Of a DNA stretch of 61,702 nucleotides, positions 34,398 through 43,007 are shown in pieces. This DNA comes from Candidatus Hydrogenedentes bacterium UBA2224 (GTDB lineage: Bacteria > Hydrogenedentota > Hydrogenedentia > Hydrogenedentales > SLHB01). The translations under genes were made by a program, and so were the position numbers. Where the stretch lies: assembly GCA_002348185.1 (NCBI GenBank), contig DDYW01000104.1, positions 1 to 61,702 of the forward strand, written 5' to 3'. Position 1 is the stretch's first letter; each line of letters starts with the position of its first letter. Below the pieces are notes generated by a model, which searched no databases, was not told the origin of the DNA, and saw only the letters and a program-made list of their open reading frames with translations.

Positions 34398-36731
34398 ATG
34401 GTACGTGTCATTGTTATCGGGTTACTGATTTCCGCCGGAATGCCCTCGGGCGCGGTTACGATTGCCGAGGACGGCCAGGCCGTTGCCGTGATTGTCTTAT
34501 GCGATTCGCCACAAGCGCCCGAGCAGACGGCCGCGCGCGAACTCGCGGCTTATCTCGCTTCCGTGACGGGCGGGGCCTATACCGTTCTCCCGGAATCCCA
34601 GGCGCCTCCGCAGGGACCGCGCCTGTTTGTCGGTCCGACGGCGTTTGCCGCATCCCACGGCATCGACCCCGCTTCCCTCGGACCCGAGGAATGGGTCATG
34701 CGGACCGCCGGCAACAATCTCATCCTCACGGGAGGAAGACCCCGCGGGACGCTCTACGCCGTCTACCATTTTCTCGAGGACGTTGTCGGGGTGCACTGGT
34801 GGAACGCCTATGAGGAAAGTGTCCCCCGGAGTCCCTCGCTTCGATTGGACGCCCTCGACCGCACCGGAAAGCCCGTAATCCGCTGCCGCGACATCTACAT
34901 GCTCTACGGAAACGATCACGGCCGGTTCGCCGCCCGGAACCGTCTGAATCGCGATGGCGACTCCCCGATCACGGGCGAATACGGCGGCGCCTTGGATTAC
35001 GGTCCGCCCTACCATGTCCACACCTTCTACATGTACGTCCCGCCCGAAACTCATTTCGCCGCGCATCCCGAGTGGTTCTCGCTGGCCAAGGGGAAGCGCG
35101 AGACCGAGCGAAAACAGCTCTGCCTCACAAATCCCGAGCTGCGGGCGTTTTTCATCGACAAGCTCAAGGGCTACATCGAGCAGTCCCGCGCCGAGGCCAG
35201 CGCGAGTAACGCCCCCCCGCCAACCGTGTTCAGCATCTCCCAGAACGACTGGGAAGGCATGTGCGAATGCGACACGTGCCAGGCGATTGCGACGGCCGAG
35301 GAATCCGAGGCGGGGCCCCTGCTCGATTTCGTTAACCATATCGCCGATGCAATCCGGGAGGATTACCCTGAAATCTACATCGATACCCTCGCCTACATGA
35401 TGACGCAGAAGCCTCCCAGGACCATCCGTCCCCGCGACAACGTGATCATCCGGCTCTGCGACACATCCAGCAATTTCACCCGGACGATCACCGACCCCGT
35501 CAACCGGGAATTTCACGACCACCTCCTCCGCTGGGCCGCCATCGCCCGAAATCTGCGGATTTGGGACTATGCTGTCACCTATGCCCCCCATTACGGGCTT
35601 CCCATGCCCACCGCGCATACCTACGCCCCCGACTACCGGTTCTATGCCGAGCACAACGTCGAAGGCGTCTTCACCGAACACGAGTACCCCGTGCTGGCCG
35701 ACATGCGCGATTTTAAAGTCTGGATGATGATGAAAACGCTCGAAGACCCCTACCAGGACTACAGCGTCCTGGTTCAGACGTTTACCGATGGCTTCTACGG
35801 GGCGGCGGGCGCGCCCATCCGACACTACCTGACCCGGCTCGAGCAGGCCTCCGAGGCCAAGCCGAGCTACTTGAGCATGGGGGCGTCCCCGAGGCAGTAC
35901 CAGTACCTCAATCTTCCGTTCATGCTCGACGCGCACGCGCTCTTCGACCAGGCGGAGCTGGCCGTGGCAAACGACGATGTGCTGCTGCGCCGGGTCCGCT
36001 TCGCGCGCCTGCCACTGGACCGCGCGTCCATCGTTCTGTTCCCCGACCTCGTGGCGCAGTGGGTGCGCAGCGGCCACACCCCGGAAACCCTGCCGCTGGA
36101 CCGCGACGCGATCGCCGCACGTTGCCGGGACACTTGGACCACTCAAATCCATTTCCGCATTCCGGAGTCCCAACGCCCGGCCGCGCTGGCCGAAATCGAC
36201 GCGGAACTCGCGCCGCTGCTCGCTCGTCCGGCCATTGTGCGCATTCCCGAGAAGTTCCGCGACCTGCCCCGCGAGACCGTGTTCGATTTCACCGCCGACA
36301 TGTCCCGCAACTGGGATGACCAGGCCAAACGCGTCCCGGATCCCCAGGCCGAATCGGGCTTCACGAACCGGTTGGAACTGTCCGGCGATGAGGTGGAGAA
36401 GTACGCGCTGCCCATGTCCTGGGGATTGTACGACGTCATCAACAAGCGGAGCGGGGGAGGGGGAACTATCCGTCCTGAAGACGTGCCCGGCCCCGGGTAC
36501 CACTGGTATAAAATGGGAACGTTTGCCATTCAGCCGTCGTATTATGTTTATTTCTTCTGGAGCTGGGTCATTCAGGTCGACGTCGACTGTGCGCACGAGC
36601 CCGCGCATCCCGAACAACGTTTCGATGTCTGGGCGCGCATCAAATTCGAAGGGCCCGGCTTCCCGCACGGCGACGCGGGCGCCGCGAACGCCATCTCCGT
36701 CGAGCGCGTAGTCCTTGTAAAGACGCCGTGA
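34398..36731 (+). CDS. Secreted DUF4838-type protein with GH67N/GH20b-like N-domain (putative glycoside hydrolase)
   Basis: GGGAGGGAGG lies upstream of the ATG. The signal peptide is MVRVIVIGLLISAGMPSGA. GTLYAVYHFLEDVVGVHWW is the GH67N-type motif. WEGMCECDTCQAI is the C-x-C-x2-C cluster I associate with DUF4838. YIDTLAY and WDY fit barrel strands. Confidence 0.75.
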   Translation: MVRVIVIGLLISAGMPSGAVTIAEDGQAVAVIVLCDSPQAPEQTAARELAAYLASVTGGAYTVLPESQAPPQGPRLFVGPTAFAASHGIDPASLGPEEWVMRTAGNNLILTGGRPRGTLYAVYHFLEDVVGVHWWNAYEESVPRSPSLRLDALDRTGKPVIRCRDIYMLYGNDHGRFAARNRLNRDGDSPITGEYGGALDYGPPYHVHTFYMYVPPETHFAAHPEWFSLAKGKRETERKQLCLTNPELRAFFIDKLKGYIEQSRAEASASNAPPPTVFSISQNDWEGMCECDTCQAIATAEESEAGPLLDFVNHIADAIREDYPEIYIDTLAYMMTQKPPRTIRPRDNVIIRLCDTSSNFTRTITDPVNREFHDHLLRWAAIARNLRIWDYAVTYAPHYGLPMPTAHTYAPDYRFYAEHNVEGVFTEHEYPVLADMRDFKVWMMMKTLEDPYQDYSVLVQTFTDGFYGAAGAPIRHYLTRLEQASEAKPSYLSMGASPRQYQYLNLPFMLDAHALFDQAELAVANDDVLLRRVRFARLPLDRASIVLFPDLVAQWVRSGHTPETLPLDRDAIAARCRDTWTTQIHFRIPESQRPAALAEIDAELAPLLARPAIVRIPEKFRDLPRETVFDFTADMSRNWDDQAKRVPDPQAESGFTNRLELSGDEVEKYALPMSWGLYDVINKRSGGGGTIRPEDVPGPGYHWYKMGTFAIQPSYYVYFFWSWVIQVDVDCAHEPAHPEQRFDVWARIKFEGPGFPHGDAGAANAISVERVVLVKTP

Positions 36732-36795
36732 CCCTGACACTGTATCTGGAGTGCCTCCCGGTCAGCGAGAGCCGGCATGAGCGGAGGAAAGCCGC

Positions 36796-37226
36796 ATGAG
36801 ATTAGCGGGCTCGTACATTCTGGCGTTGCTGATGCTGCTCCCATGGTGCCGCCTCGGCCTGGCTGCGGAAGACGCCCCGCCGCTGAGGGCCTGTCGCTCG
36901 AATACGGCAATGCCCGCTGGAACAAACAGAAGATCGCCGGCGAGGTCAGAAAGCTCGTGGATCGGAACGTGTCTCACGGCGGCGGCCTGAGAATCTGGTG
37001 TGCCGAGTTCGGCTGCTACCAGCGCACAATCGATCCGGAAAGCAGGTACCGGTATCTGAAGGACGTTCGCGAAACGTTCGAGGAGAACCGGATCGGCTGG
37101 GCCTATTGGTCCTATAACGAGACGCTGACCATCATGACTCCCAGCCGGACTCCGTTTGGACCCGCCAAAGAGCAGACCCCGGACCCGAAGACGCTCGAGG
37201 CCCTGTTCGCACCCCGTCCACAGTGA
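36796..37226 (+). pseudogene. Decayed GH5-family glycosidase remnant: signal peptide joined out of frame to the last ~110 aa of a GH5 barrel
   Basis: The ATG at 36796, with GGAGG 8 nt upstream, encodes a good signal peptide (MRLAGSYILALLMLLPWCRLGLAAED) and then runs to a stop at 36990. A different frame (track ORF 36777..37226) encodes LEYGNARWNKQKIAGEVRKLVD...GGLRIWCAEFGCYQ...IGWAYWSYNE. That is the beta7 nucleophile region (EFG) and beta8 (W-x-Y-W) of a GH5 enzyme, without strands 1-6. Confidence 0.5.
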
Positions 37227-37405
37227 TGGTGCCGGAATTCTGGAGCGGCGACATCCGGGTAACCTGGACGGGTTTATTATCTGGGCCTGCGCACCCTTGG
37301 ACCGCGGAAGAATTCGCCAGAGGTATACTAAGGAATCGGTGGTAACTGTTCGGAAATGCTGGAACAACGGTGCCGAACCGTTCGTAAGAGAATCGGAGGT
37401 CCCCT

Positions 37406-38167
37406 GTGGCTGCGAAAATCAGTATCATGCCCTGTCTGGACATGCAAAATGGCCGCGTGGTGAAGGGGGTCCATTTCGTGGATATCCGCGACGCGGGCGA
37501 TCCCGTCGAATGCGCGCGGGCCTATTGCGCCGCCGGCGCCGACGAACTCGCCCTGCTCGACATCACCGCCACGGTGGAAGGGCGGGCCACCATGCTCGAT
37601 GTGGTCCGCCGTACCGCCGATGCGGTCAGCGTGCCCTTCACTGTCGGCGGGGGAATCATCGATGTCGCGGCCGCGGAGGCCGTGCTTAACGCCGGCGCGG
37701 ACAAGGTCTCGGTCAGCAGCGCAGCGTTCCGGAATCCAGACATGATCCGGGACATGGTCGACGCCTTCGGTGCGGAAGCGGTAACCGTAGCCATCGATGT
37801 TGACCGGAACTCAGAGTTGCCGTCGGGGTATGAGGTTTATATCGACGGCGGGCGCACCGCGACGGGCGCCGACGCGGTCGAGTGGGCCAAACGCGTTGAC
37901 GGTTTCGGCGTGGGGTGCATTCTACCCACCAGCAAGGCCGGCGACGGCGCAAAGACCGGCTACGACCTCCCCGTGATTCGTGCCATGGCCACGGCCGTGA
38001 ACGCCGCGGTCGTCGCTTCGGGTGGCGCGGGCCGGCTCGAGCATTTCTATGAGGCCGTCGAAGCCGGCGCCACGATTCTGCTCGCCGCTTCGGTATTTCA
38101 TTTCAATATCGTCGGCATCCCGGAGCTCAAACGCTATCTGAAAGAGCGCGGGGTAGACGTTCGCTGA
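37406..38167 (+). CDS. hisF: Imidazole glycerol phosphate synthase cyclase subunit HisF
   Basis: GTG start with CGGAGG 6 nt upstream, 253 aa. [37 protein letters not shown] and VASGGAG match HisF along its full length. Confidence 0.9.
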   Translation: MAAKISIMPCLDMQNGRVVKGVHFVDIRDAGDPVECARAYCAAGADELALLDITATVEGRATMLDVVRRTADAVSVPFTVGGGIIDVAAAEAVLNAGADKVSVSSAAFRNPDMIRDMVDAFGAEAVTVAIDVDRNSELPSGYEVYIDGGRTATGADAVEWAKRVDGFGVGCILPTSKAGDGAKTGYDLPVIRAMATAVNAAVVASGGAGRLEHFYEAVEAGATILLAASVFHFNIVGIPELKRYLKERGVDVR

Positions 38168-38252
38168 TGTCCCGCCAGCCGGCATGGCCCTGTTGCTGCC
38201 GCAAACCGCGGGGGCCCGTAGCGCCGCTATACCGTGAAAAGGAGCGGAGTTC

Positions 38253-39131
38253 ATGAGAATTGCCCGCAGGGAGTTCATTGGACAAACCGTGGGCGCCGCG
38301 GCGGCCGCTGCCGCCGCATTCAACGCGGAAGCTGTGGATGCCTCGGAACGCACGGCGCTGTCTCCGGCCGAATCCTTCTCGTTTTGCGTGCTGGCCGATC
38401 CCCATTGCGATGAACCCGCAAAAGAGGGCCTCGAAGCCCTGGGAGACGGGGTGGCGAAGTTCATGCGTTGTCTCGAGCAGATGCAGCGGCTTGACCTTGC
38501 CGAACGTCCGGATTTTCTCCTGGTTGCCGGCGATGTCCATCCCTGGGCGCTCCTCGAACACGAGGACCAATGGCCCATCCCAATCTATGCCGTTGCAGGG
38601 AATCACGAGTCTTCCCGCGAAAAGAGAGACCAGCTCCGGCAGGTATTCGGCCGGGGTTTCGAGCGGGACGGCAGGGAATCCGATTACTACAGTTTCGTGC
38701 ACAAGGGCGTCCGGTTTGTCGCCGCGTGCGACGCGGGAAGCGGCGGCGACCATGTCGGCCATTGGTGTTCGGAGCTTATCGCGCCCGCGGGGGAGTGCGA
38801 ATGGCTCGAGCAGGAACTGGCCCAGCCCGAACCGGTGATCCTGTTCGCCCACATTCCCCCCGAACGCGACGGCGCCGACCGGAACATGTACCTCAGCCGC
38901 AATGACTCGCGCTGGTTCTGTGATTTGGTGACACGGGACACGCCGCACGCCCTGTTCTTCGGCCATCTGCACCGCGCCACGGAAGAATACCGCATCGGCG
39001 CGGCGCGCTGTTTCAACGCGTGCTCCTGCTGCTGGAACTCCGGCCGCGCCCCCCTCGGGTTTCTGCATGTGCGCGTGACGCCTGCCGGATTGCACGTTCG
39101 AGAGATGGAGACGGGGCGTTATTCTTCATAG
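38253..39131 (+). CDS. Tat-signal calcineurin-like metallophosphoesterase
   Basis: AAGGAG lies upstream. The twin-arginine signal is MRIARREFIGQTVGAAAAAAAAF. Metallophosphoesterase motifs appear in order: LADPH, VAGDVH, VAGNHE and FGHLH. Confidence 0.82.
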   Translation: MRIARREFIGQTVGAAAAAAAAFNAEAVDASERTALSPAESFSFCVLADPHCDEPAKEGLEALGDGVAKFMRCLEQMQRLDLAERPDFLLVAGDVHPWALLEHEDQWPIPIYAVAGNHESSREKRDQLRQVFGRGFERDGRESDYYSFVHKGVRFVAACDAGSGGDHVGHWCSELIAPAGECEWLEQELAQPEPVILFAHIPPERDGADRNMYLSRNDSRWFCDLVTRDTPHALFFGHLHRATEEYRIGAARCFNACSCCWNSGRAPLGFLHVRVTPAGLHVREMETGRYSS

Positions 39132-39156
39132 GTGCCGAACGGAGAGGTGTAAAGGT

Positions 39157-41085
39157 ATGAACATCGTACCGGATGCCGGACATGAATCCAGCTGCGCTGC
39201 GAAGAGCCTGCCGCGCGGCGTGATGGCGGTTTGCGCGGCCGCAATGCTCTTGGCATGCACGGCCGAAGGCGCTACCTATTATGTTTCGAACGTGGGCTCG
39301 GACCACGCGACTGGCGAGTCGCCGGATGCCCCGTGGGCTTCTCTCAATCGCGTGAGCGAAGCCACCTTGCAGCCCGGCGATACCGTGCTGTTCGAGCGCG
39401 GCGGCCAATGGCGTGGCCGGCTACATCCCCAGAGCGGCGCCCCCGGCGCGCCGATCACGTACGGCGCCTATGGCGAAGGCCCCAAACCCCTCCTGATGGG
39501 TTCGCTCGAAAAGAACGCGGCCGTCGACTGGGAAGACCTGGGCGCCAACATCTGGGCGACAACCGAGCCCAGACCCGGCCAGGTCGAGTTGCTCCCCAAT
39601 GGCACTTTTGATGAGGGGCTCGCCTCCTGGACCACCCATACGGAAGATGGCGCCGCCGTAGAAATCGCGCGCGACACGTCCGTGTTTGATTCCGCGCCGG
39701 CGTCACTGAAGTTTCATTGTGTCCAGGGCGGCCGCCTTGGAACACACGTGCAACTCTGCACCGCCGGCATTCCCATTGTGCGCCACAGGCTGTATCAGCT
39801 TGCGTTTCGCGCCCGCTGCGACGTGCCGACCAACATTCCGCCCCCCACGCTGACGCAGCGCGGGTCGCCATGGTCAAGCTATGGCCGTCCCGCCCCTCCT
39901 GTCCCCGCGGCGGTCGGGCCCGAGTGGTCCCTGCACCGTTTCTGGTATTCGGCGTCCGAAACATCGGCCGACGCCCGTCTGACGTTCTTTCTCGGAGAGG
40001 CCCTTCCCGCCGGAGCAACGCTCTGGCTTGACTCGCTGAGCTTCGTCGAGTGCGAAGGCGATTTTTTCCAGAACGACGTCGGCAACATCATCTTTGATCA
40101 TGAAAGCGCCGTGGGCGTCAAGGTCTGGAATCGTGCGGACCTCGATACGCAGGGCGAATTCTGTTTTGACAAGACCCCGTGGCGGCTCTATCTGTTCAGC
40201 GCTGGGAATCCGGCCAGCCACTACTCGGACATCGAATGCGCCGTGAACAGACATATCATTGAACAGGGTAAATGCCACCACATCACCTACGAAGACCTGG
40301 CCCTCAAATACGGCGCCGCGCATGGCATTGGCGGCGGCAGCACGCATGACATCATCGTGCGGAATTGCGAATTCAGCTACATCGGCGGCGGGGAACTGAG
40401 AATGGGCGACCGCATCGTCCGCTTCGGCAATGCGGTCGAGTTCTGGGGGCCTGCGCACGACAACTTGGTCGAGGGCTGCCGGATCTGGGAGATCTACGAC
40501 ACCGGCCTGAGCAACCAGAGCGGCGAGCCCGAGGCGAAACAGTACAACATCCAGTACCGGAACAACGTCGTGTGGAATTGCGAATGGCTCTATGAATACT
40601 GGAGCAGGCCGGAGTCGTCCTCAACGCACGACATCTATTTCGAAAACAACATCTGCGCGTTCGCCGGGTATGGTTGGGGCCATGCGCAGCGCGGTGATCC
40701 GCACGGTAGAAACGTTGGCATGCGCCGCACCGACGCCCGATTGAGCAACGTGTTCATCCGCAACAACATCTTCTTCGAATCCACCCAGTTCCTGCTCGAC
40801 ATGGCGGGATGGAAGCCCGAGGAGGTCGCGACCGTCACCCTCGACAACAACTGCTGGTTCCAGACAAAAGGCACGTCGTTTCTCTTTGGCGGCCAGTCGT
40901 ACGACGCCTCGCAATTCACCGCGTATCAGGCGGAGAGCGGCAAGGACGCGCATTCGATCTGGGCGGACCCCTTATTTGAAGACCCGGCCCGGGGGGATTT
41001 CCGGCTCCGGCAGGGCTCGCCCTGTCTCAACGCGGGCATCGGGATTGTCTCGTACACGCCGGATCCATCGATTCCCGAGCATTGA
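39157..41085 (+). CDS. Secreted right-handed beta-helix protein with an inserted CBM4/9-like module
   Basis: The N-cap ATYYVSNVGSDHATGESPDAPWASLNRVSEATLQPGDTVLFERGGQW is typical of pectate-lyase-fold proteins. LLPNGTFDEGLASWTTH...ASLKFH looks CBM4_9-like. Repeated NN/N-x-I-F turns (IRNNIFF, YFENNICAF, YRNNVVWNC) fit beta-helix coils. Confidence 0.75.
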   Translation: MNIVPDAGHESSCAAKSLPRGVMAVCAAAMLLACTAEGATYYVSNVGSDHATGESPDAPWASLNRVSEATLQPGDTVLFERGGQWRGRLHPQSGAPGAPITYGAYGEGPKPLLMGSLEKNAAVDWEDLGANIWATTEPRPGQVELLPNGTFDEGLASWTTHTEDGAAVEIARDTSVFDSAPASLKFHCVQGGRLGTHVQLCTAGIPIVRHRLYQLAFRARCDVPTNIPPPTLTQRGSPWSSYGRPAPPVPAAVGPEWSLHRFWYSASETSADARLTFFLGEALPAGATLWLDSLSFVECEGDFFQNDVGNIIFDHESAVGVKVWNRADLDTQGEFCFDKTPWRLYLFSAGNPASHYSDIECAVNRHIIEQGKCHHITYEDLALKYGAAHGIGGGSTHDIIVRNCEFSYIGGGELRMGDRIVRFGNAVEFWGPAHDNLVEGCRIWEIYDTGLSNQSGEPEAKQYNIQYRNNVVWNCEWLYEYWSRPESSSTHDIYFENNICAFAGYGWGHAQRGDPHGRNVGMRRTDARLSNVFIRNNIFFESTQFLLDMAGWKPEEVATVTLDNNCWFQTKGTSFLFGGQSYDASQFTAYQAESGKDAHSIWADPLFEDPARGDFRLRQGSPCLNAGIGIVSYTPDPSIPEH

Positions 41086-41101
41086 GGGCAGGCTCCGGGG
41101 A

Positions 41102-41120
41102 GGACCCCGGGACGGGGTCC
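41102..41120 (+). terminator. GC-rich hairpin just after the stop of the beta-helix gene (terminator-like, no U-tract)
   Basis: ggaccccg-gga-cggggtcc forms a perfect 8-bp stem with a 3-nt loop. It starts 17 nt after the stop at 41085 and is not followed by a T run. Confidence 0.25.
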
Positions 41121-41191
41121 AACGTGCGTTGCGAGCTCCTGCACCACAATGACCCGATTCCGAAAGGTCGAACACAGGCGCCGAGTTTGTT

Positions 41192-41401
41192 CAACCCCCA
41201 TTCGGGGGTTGGCAATTAGGGGAACGCACCTGATCCACGGGTTTCACCTGTACCTACTCAAGTTCGACACTTGCGGTGTCGTTGGGGGCAGGGCCGTCCA
41301 TCGCGTCGATCGTGTCGATCGTGTCGATCGCGTCCATTGTGTCCACACCTCTGCGCTCGCACCTCGTTCCTCAGTCCGCCCGTCAGCGGCAACCGCATTC
41401 A
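41192..41401 (-). repeat. Intergenic repeat element, copy A: conserved module, 6 x 9-bp minisatellite and hairpin tail (minus orientation)
   Basis: Six head-to-tail 9-mers lie at 41296-41349: gtccatcgc, gtcgatcgt, gtcgatcgt, gtcgatcgc, gtccattgt, gtccacacc. The reverse complement of 41341-41401 (tgaatgcggttgccgctgacgggcggactgaggaacgaggtgcgagcgcagaggtgtggac) aligns to 61413-61493 of copy B. Tail hairpins are cgacac-ttgcg-gtgtcg and caaccccc-attc-gggggttg (41192-41211). Confidence 0.8.
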
Positions 41402-41428
41402 TCCGGCGCGTTCGATTTGCCTGCAATC

Positions 41429-41457
41429 TTGACGCTGTGGTGCGGGCTGTGATAGAA
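41429..41457 (+). promoter_or_regulatory. Weak candidate promoter for the AGCS symporter gene, immediately gene-proximal to repeat copy A
   Basis: TTGACG (41429-41434), a 17-nt spacer, then ATAGAA (41452-41457), about 110 nt upstream of the ATG at 41567. The -10 match is poor. Confidence 0.2.
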
Positions 41458-41566
41458 GCACTCCCAGCGACGCGCCTTCTCTGACTTCTCTTTCCGCGAC
41501 CAGGGCCAATCGTTCCGTCCGTCGAACTGTGCACGCATGGCGCACACGCACTGGGGATGAAAGCGT

Positions 41567-42925
41567 ATGGAATCCATCGAGAGACTGCTGGATGCAGCCA
41601 GCGGATTCATGTGGGGCTGGCCCCTCATCATCCTGCTCCTGGGCACGCATGTCTACCTCACCATCCGCCTCCGCTTCATTCAGCGGTACCTTCCCAAAGC
41701 GATTCGCCTCTCGCTGACGCGGAGCTCCGAGGGCGACGGGGACATCAGCCATTTCGGCGCGCTCACGACCGCGCTGGCCGCCACCATCGGCACTGGAAAC
41801 ATCGTCGGCGTCGCCACGGCCATTGCCGCGGGCGGGCCCGGGGCCGTGTTCTGGATGTGGCTGACGGGCGTCTTCGGCATCGCCACCAAGTACAGCGAAG
41901 CCCTGCTGGCCGTCAAGTACCGTGTGACGTGCGCCAACGGACAGATGGCCGGCGGCCCCATGTATGTGCTCGAACGCGGCATGAACCTCAAGTGGCTCGG
42001 CGTTCTGTTTGCCTTCTTTACCGCGATTGCCGCCTTTGGAATCGGGAACATGGTTCAGGCGAACTCCATCGCGGAACTGGTCCGGGACACCTTCCACATT
42101 TCCCCGTGGATTACCGGTGCGCTGATGACCCTCCTGACCGCGGTGGTGATCCTCGGGGGCATCCGCTCAATCGCGCGCGTGTGCCAGGCGCTGGTCCCCT
42201 TCATGGCCATCGTCTACGTGGCCGGGTGCCTCGTCCTCCTTGCCATGAACGCTTCCACGCTTCCCCAGACCGTCGCCCTGATCTTCACCAGCGCCTTCAC
42301 GGGGCAGGCCGCGCTCGGCGGTTTCCTCGGCGCGACCATGAAAGAGGCCATCCGCTACGGGGCGGCCCGGGGCCTGTTCTCCAACGAGTCCGGGCTGGGA
42401 AGCGCCCCGATTGTCGCCGCGGCCGCGCAAACTAATGCCCCCGTGCGCCAGGCCCTGGTCTCGTCCTCGGGCACGTTCTGGGACACCGTCGTGGTATGCG
42501 CCATGACCGGGCTGGTGCTCGTCAATTCCGGCGAATGGCAATCCGGCGTGCACGACGGCGCCGCCCTCACCAAAGCCGCGTTCGGCGAATTCGGGATGCT
42601 CGGCGGCGTCGTGCTTACGGGCGGTCTCCTGACGTTTGTCTTCTCCACCATCCTCGGCTGGTCCTACTACGGCGAAAAAGCCGCCGAATACCTCCTGGGT
42701 TCCCGGGCCATCGTTCCCTATCGCGTCCTCTGGGTCGCCTTTGTCATGATCGGCTCAGTCACCACCTTGCGCGTCGTGTGGTCATTCGCCGATATCGCGA
42801 ACGCCTGCATGGCCATTCCCAATCTGATCTCCCTGATTTTTCTCAGCGGGCTCATTGTCGCGGAAACGCGCACATCCCTTTGGCAAGCCGCTGAGCCGGG
42901 CCATTCCGAGGCGCCGCGCTCCTGA
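41567..42925 (+). CDS. Alanine/glycine:cation symporter (AGCS family)
   Basis: 452 aa. [42 protein letters not shown] is the AGCS signature region. The protein has multiple TM helices. Confidence 0.9.
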   Translation: MESIERLLDAASGFMWGWPLIILLLGTHVYLTIRLRFIQRYLPKAIRLSLTRSSEGDGDISHFGALTTALAATIGTGNIVGVATAIAAGGPGAVFWMWLTGVFGIATKYSEALLAVKYRVTCANGQMAGGPMYVLERGMNLKWLGVLFAFFTAIAAFGIGNMVQANSIAELVRDTFHISPWITGALMTLLTAVVILGGIRSIARVCQALVPFMAIVYVAGCLVLLAMNASTLPQTVALIFTSAFTGQAALGGFLGATMKEAIRYGAARGLFSNESGLGSAPIVAAAAQTNAPVRQALVSSSGTFWDTVVVCAMTGLVLVNSGEWQSGVHDGAALTKAAFGEFGMLGGVVLTGGLLTFVFSTILGWSYYGEKAAEYLLGSRAIVPYRVLWVAFVMIGSVTTLRVVWSFADIANACMAIPNLISLIFLSGLIVAETRTSLWQAAEPGHSEAPRS

Positions 42926-43007
42926 TGCCGCCCTCAGGGGACGGCCGATTCCAATCCATGCCGCGACTGTGCGATGATTTGCCAAAACCCGGGGAGGGCC
43001 ATCTTTC

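Noticed and set aside
36777-37226. The 149-aa ORF at 36777..37226 as an intact small gene.
   Set aside because: Its first ~40 residues are low-complexity and overlap a better start plus signal peptide in another frame. The remainder corresponds to only the last quarter of a GH5 barrel and cannot fold as an independent enzyme. It is treated as a pseudogene fragment.
41402-41566. A glycine riboswitch upstream of the AGCS alanine/glycine symporter, which is a common arrangement.
   Set aside because: I could not find the conserved glycine-aptamer cores (GGAGAG...CACCG / ACCGAAGGGGCAA-type elements) in the 165-nt leader on the coding strand. An Infernal scan would be the decisive check.
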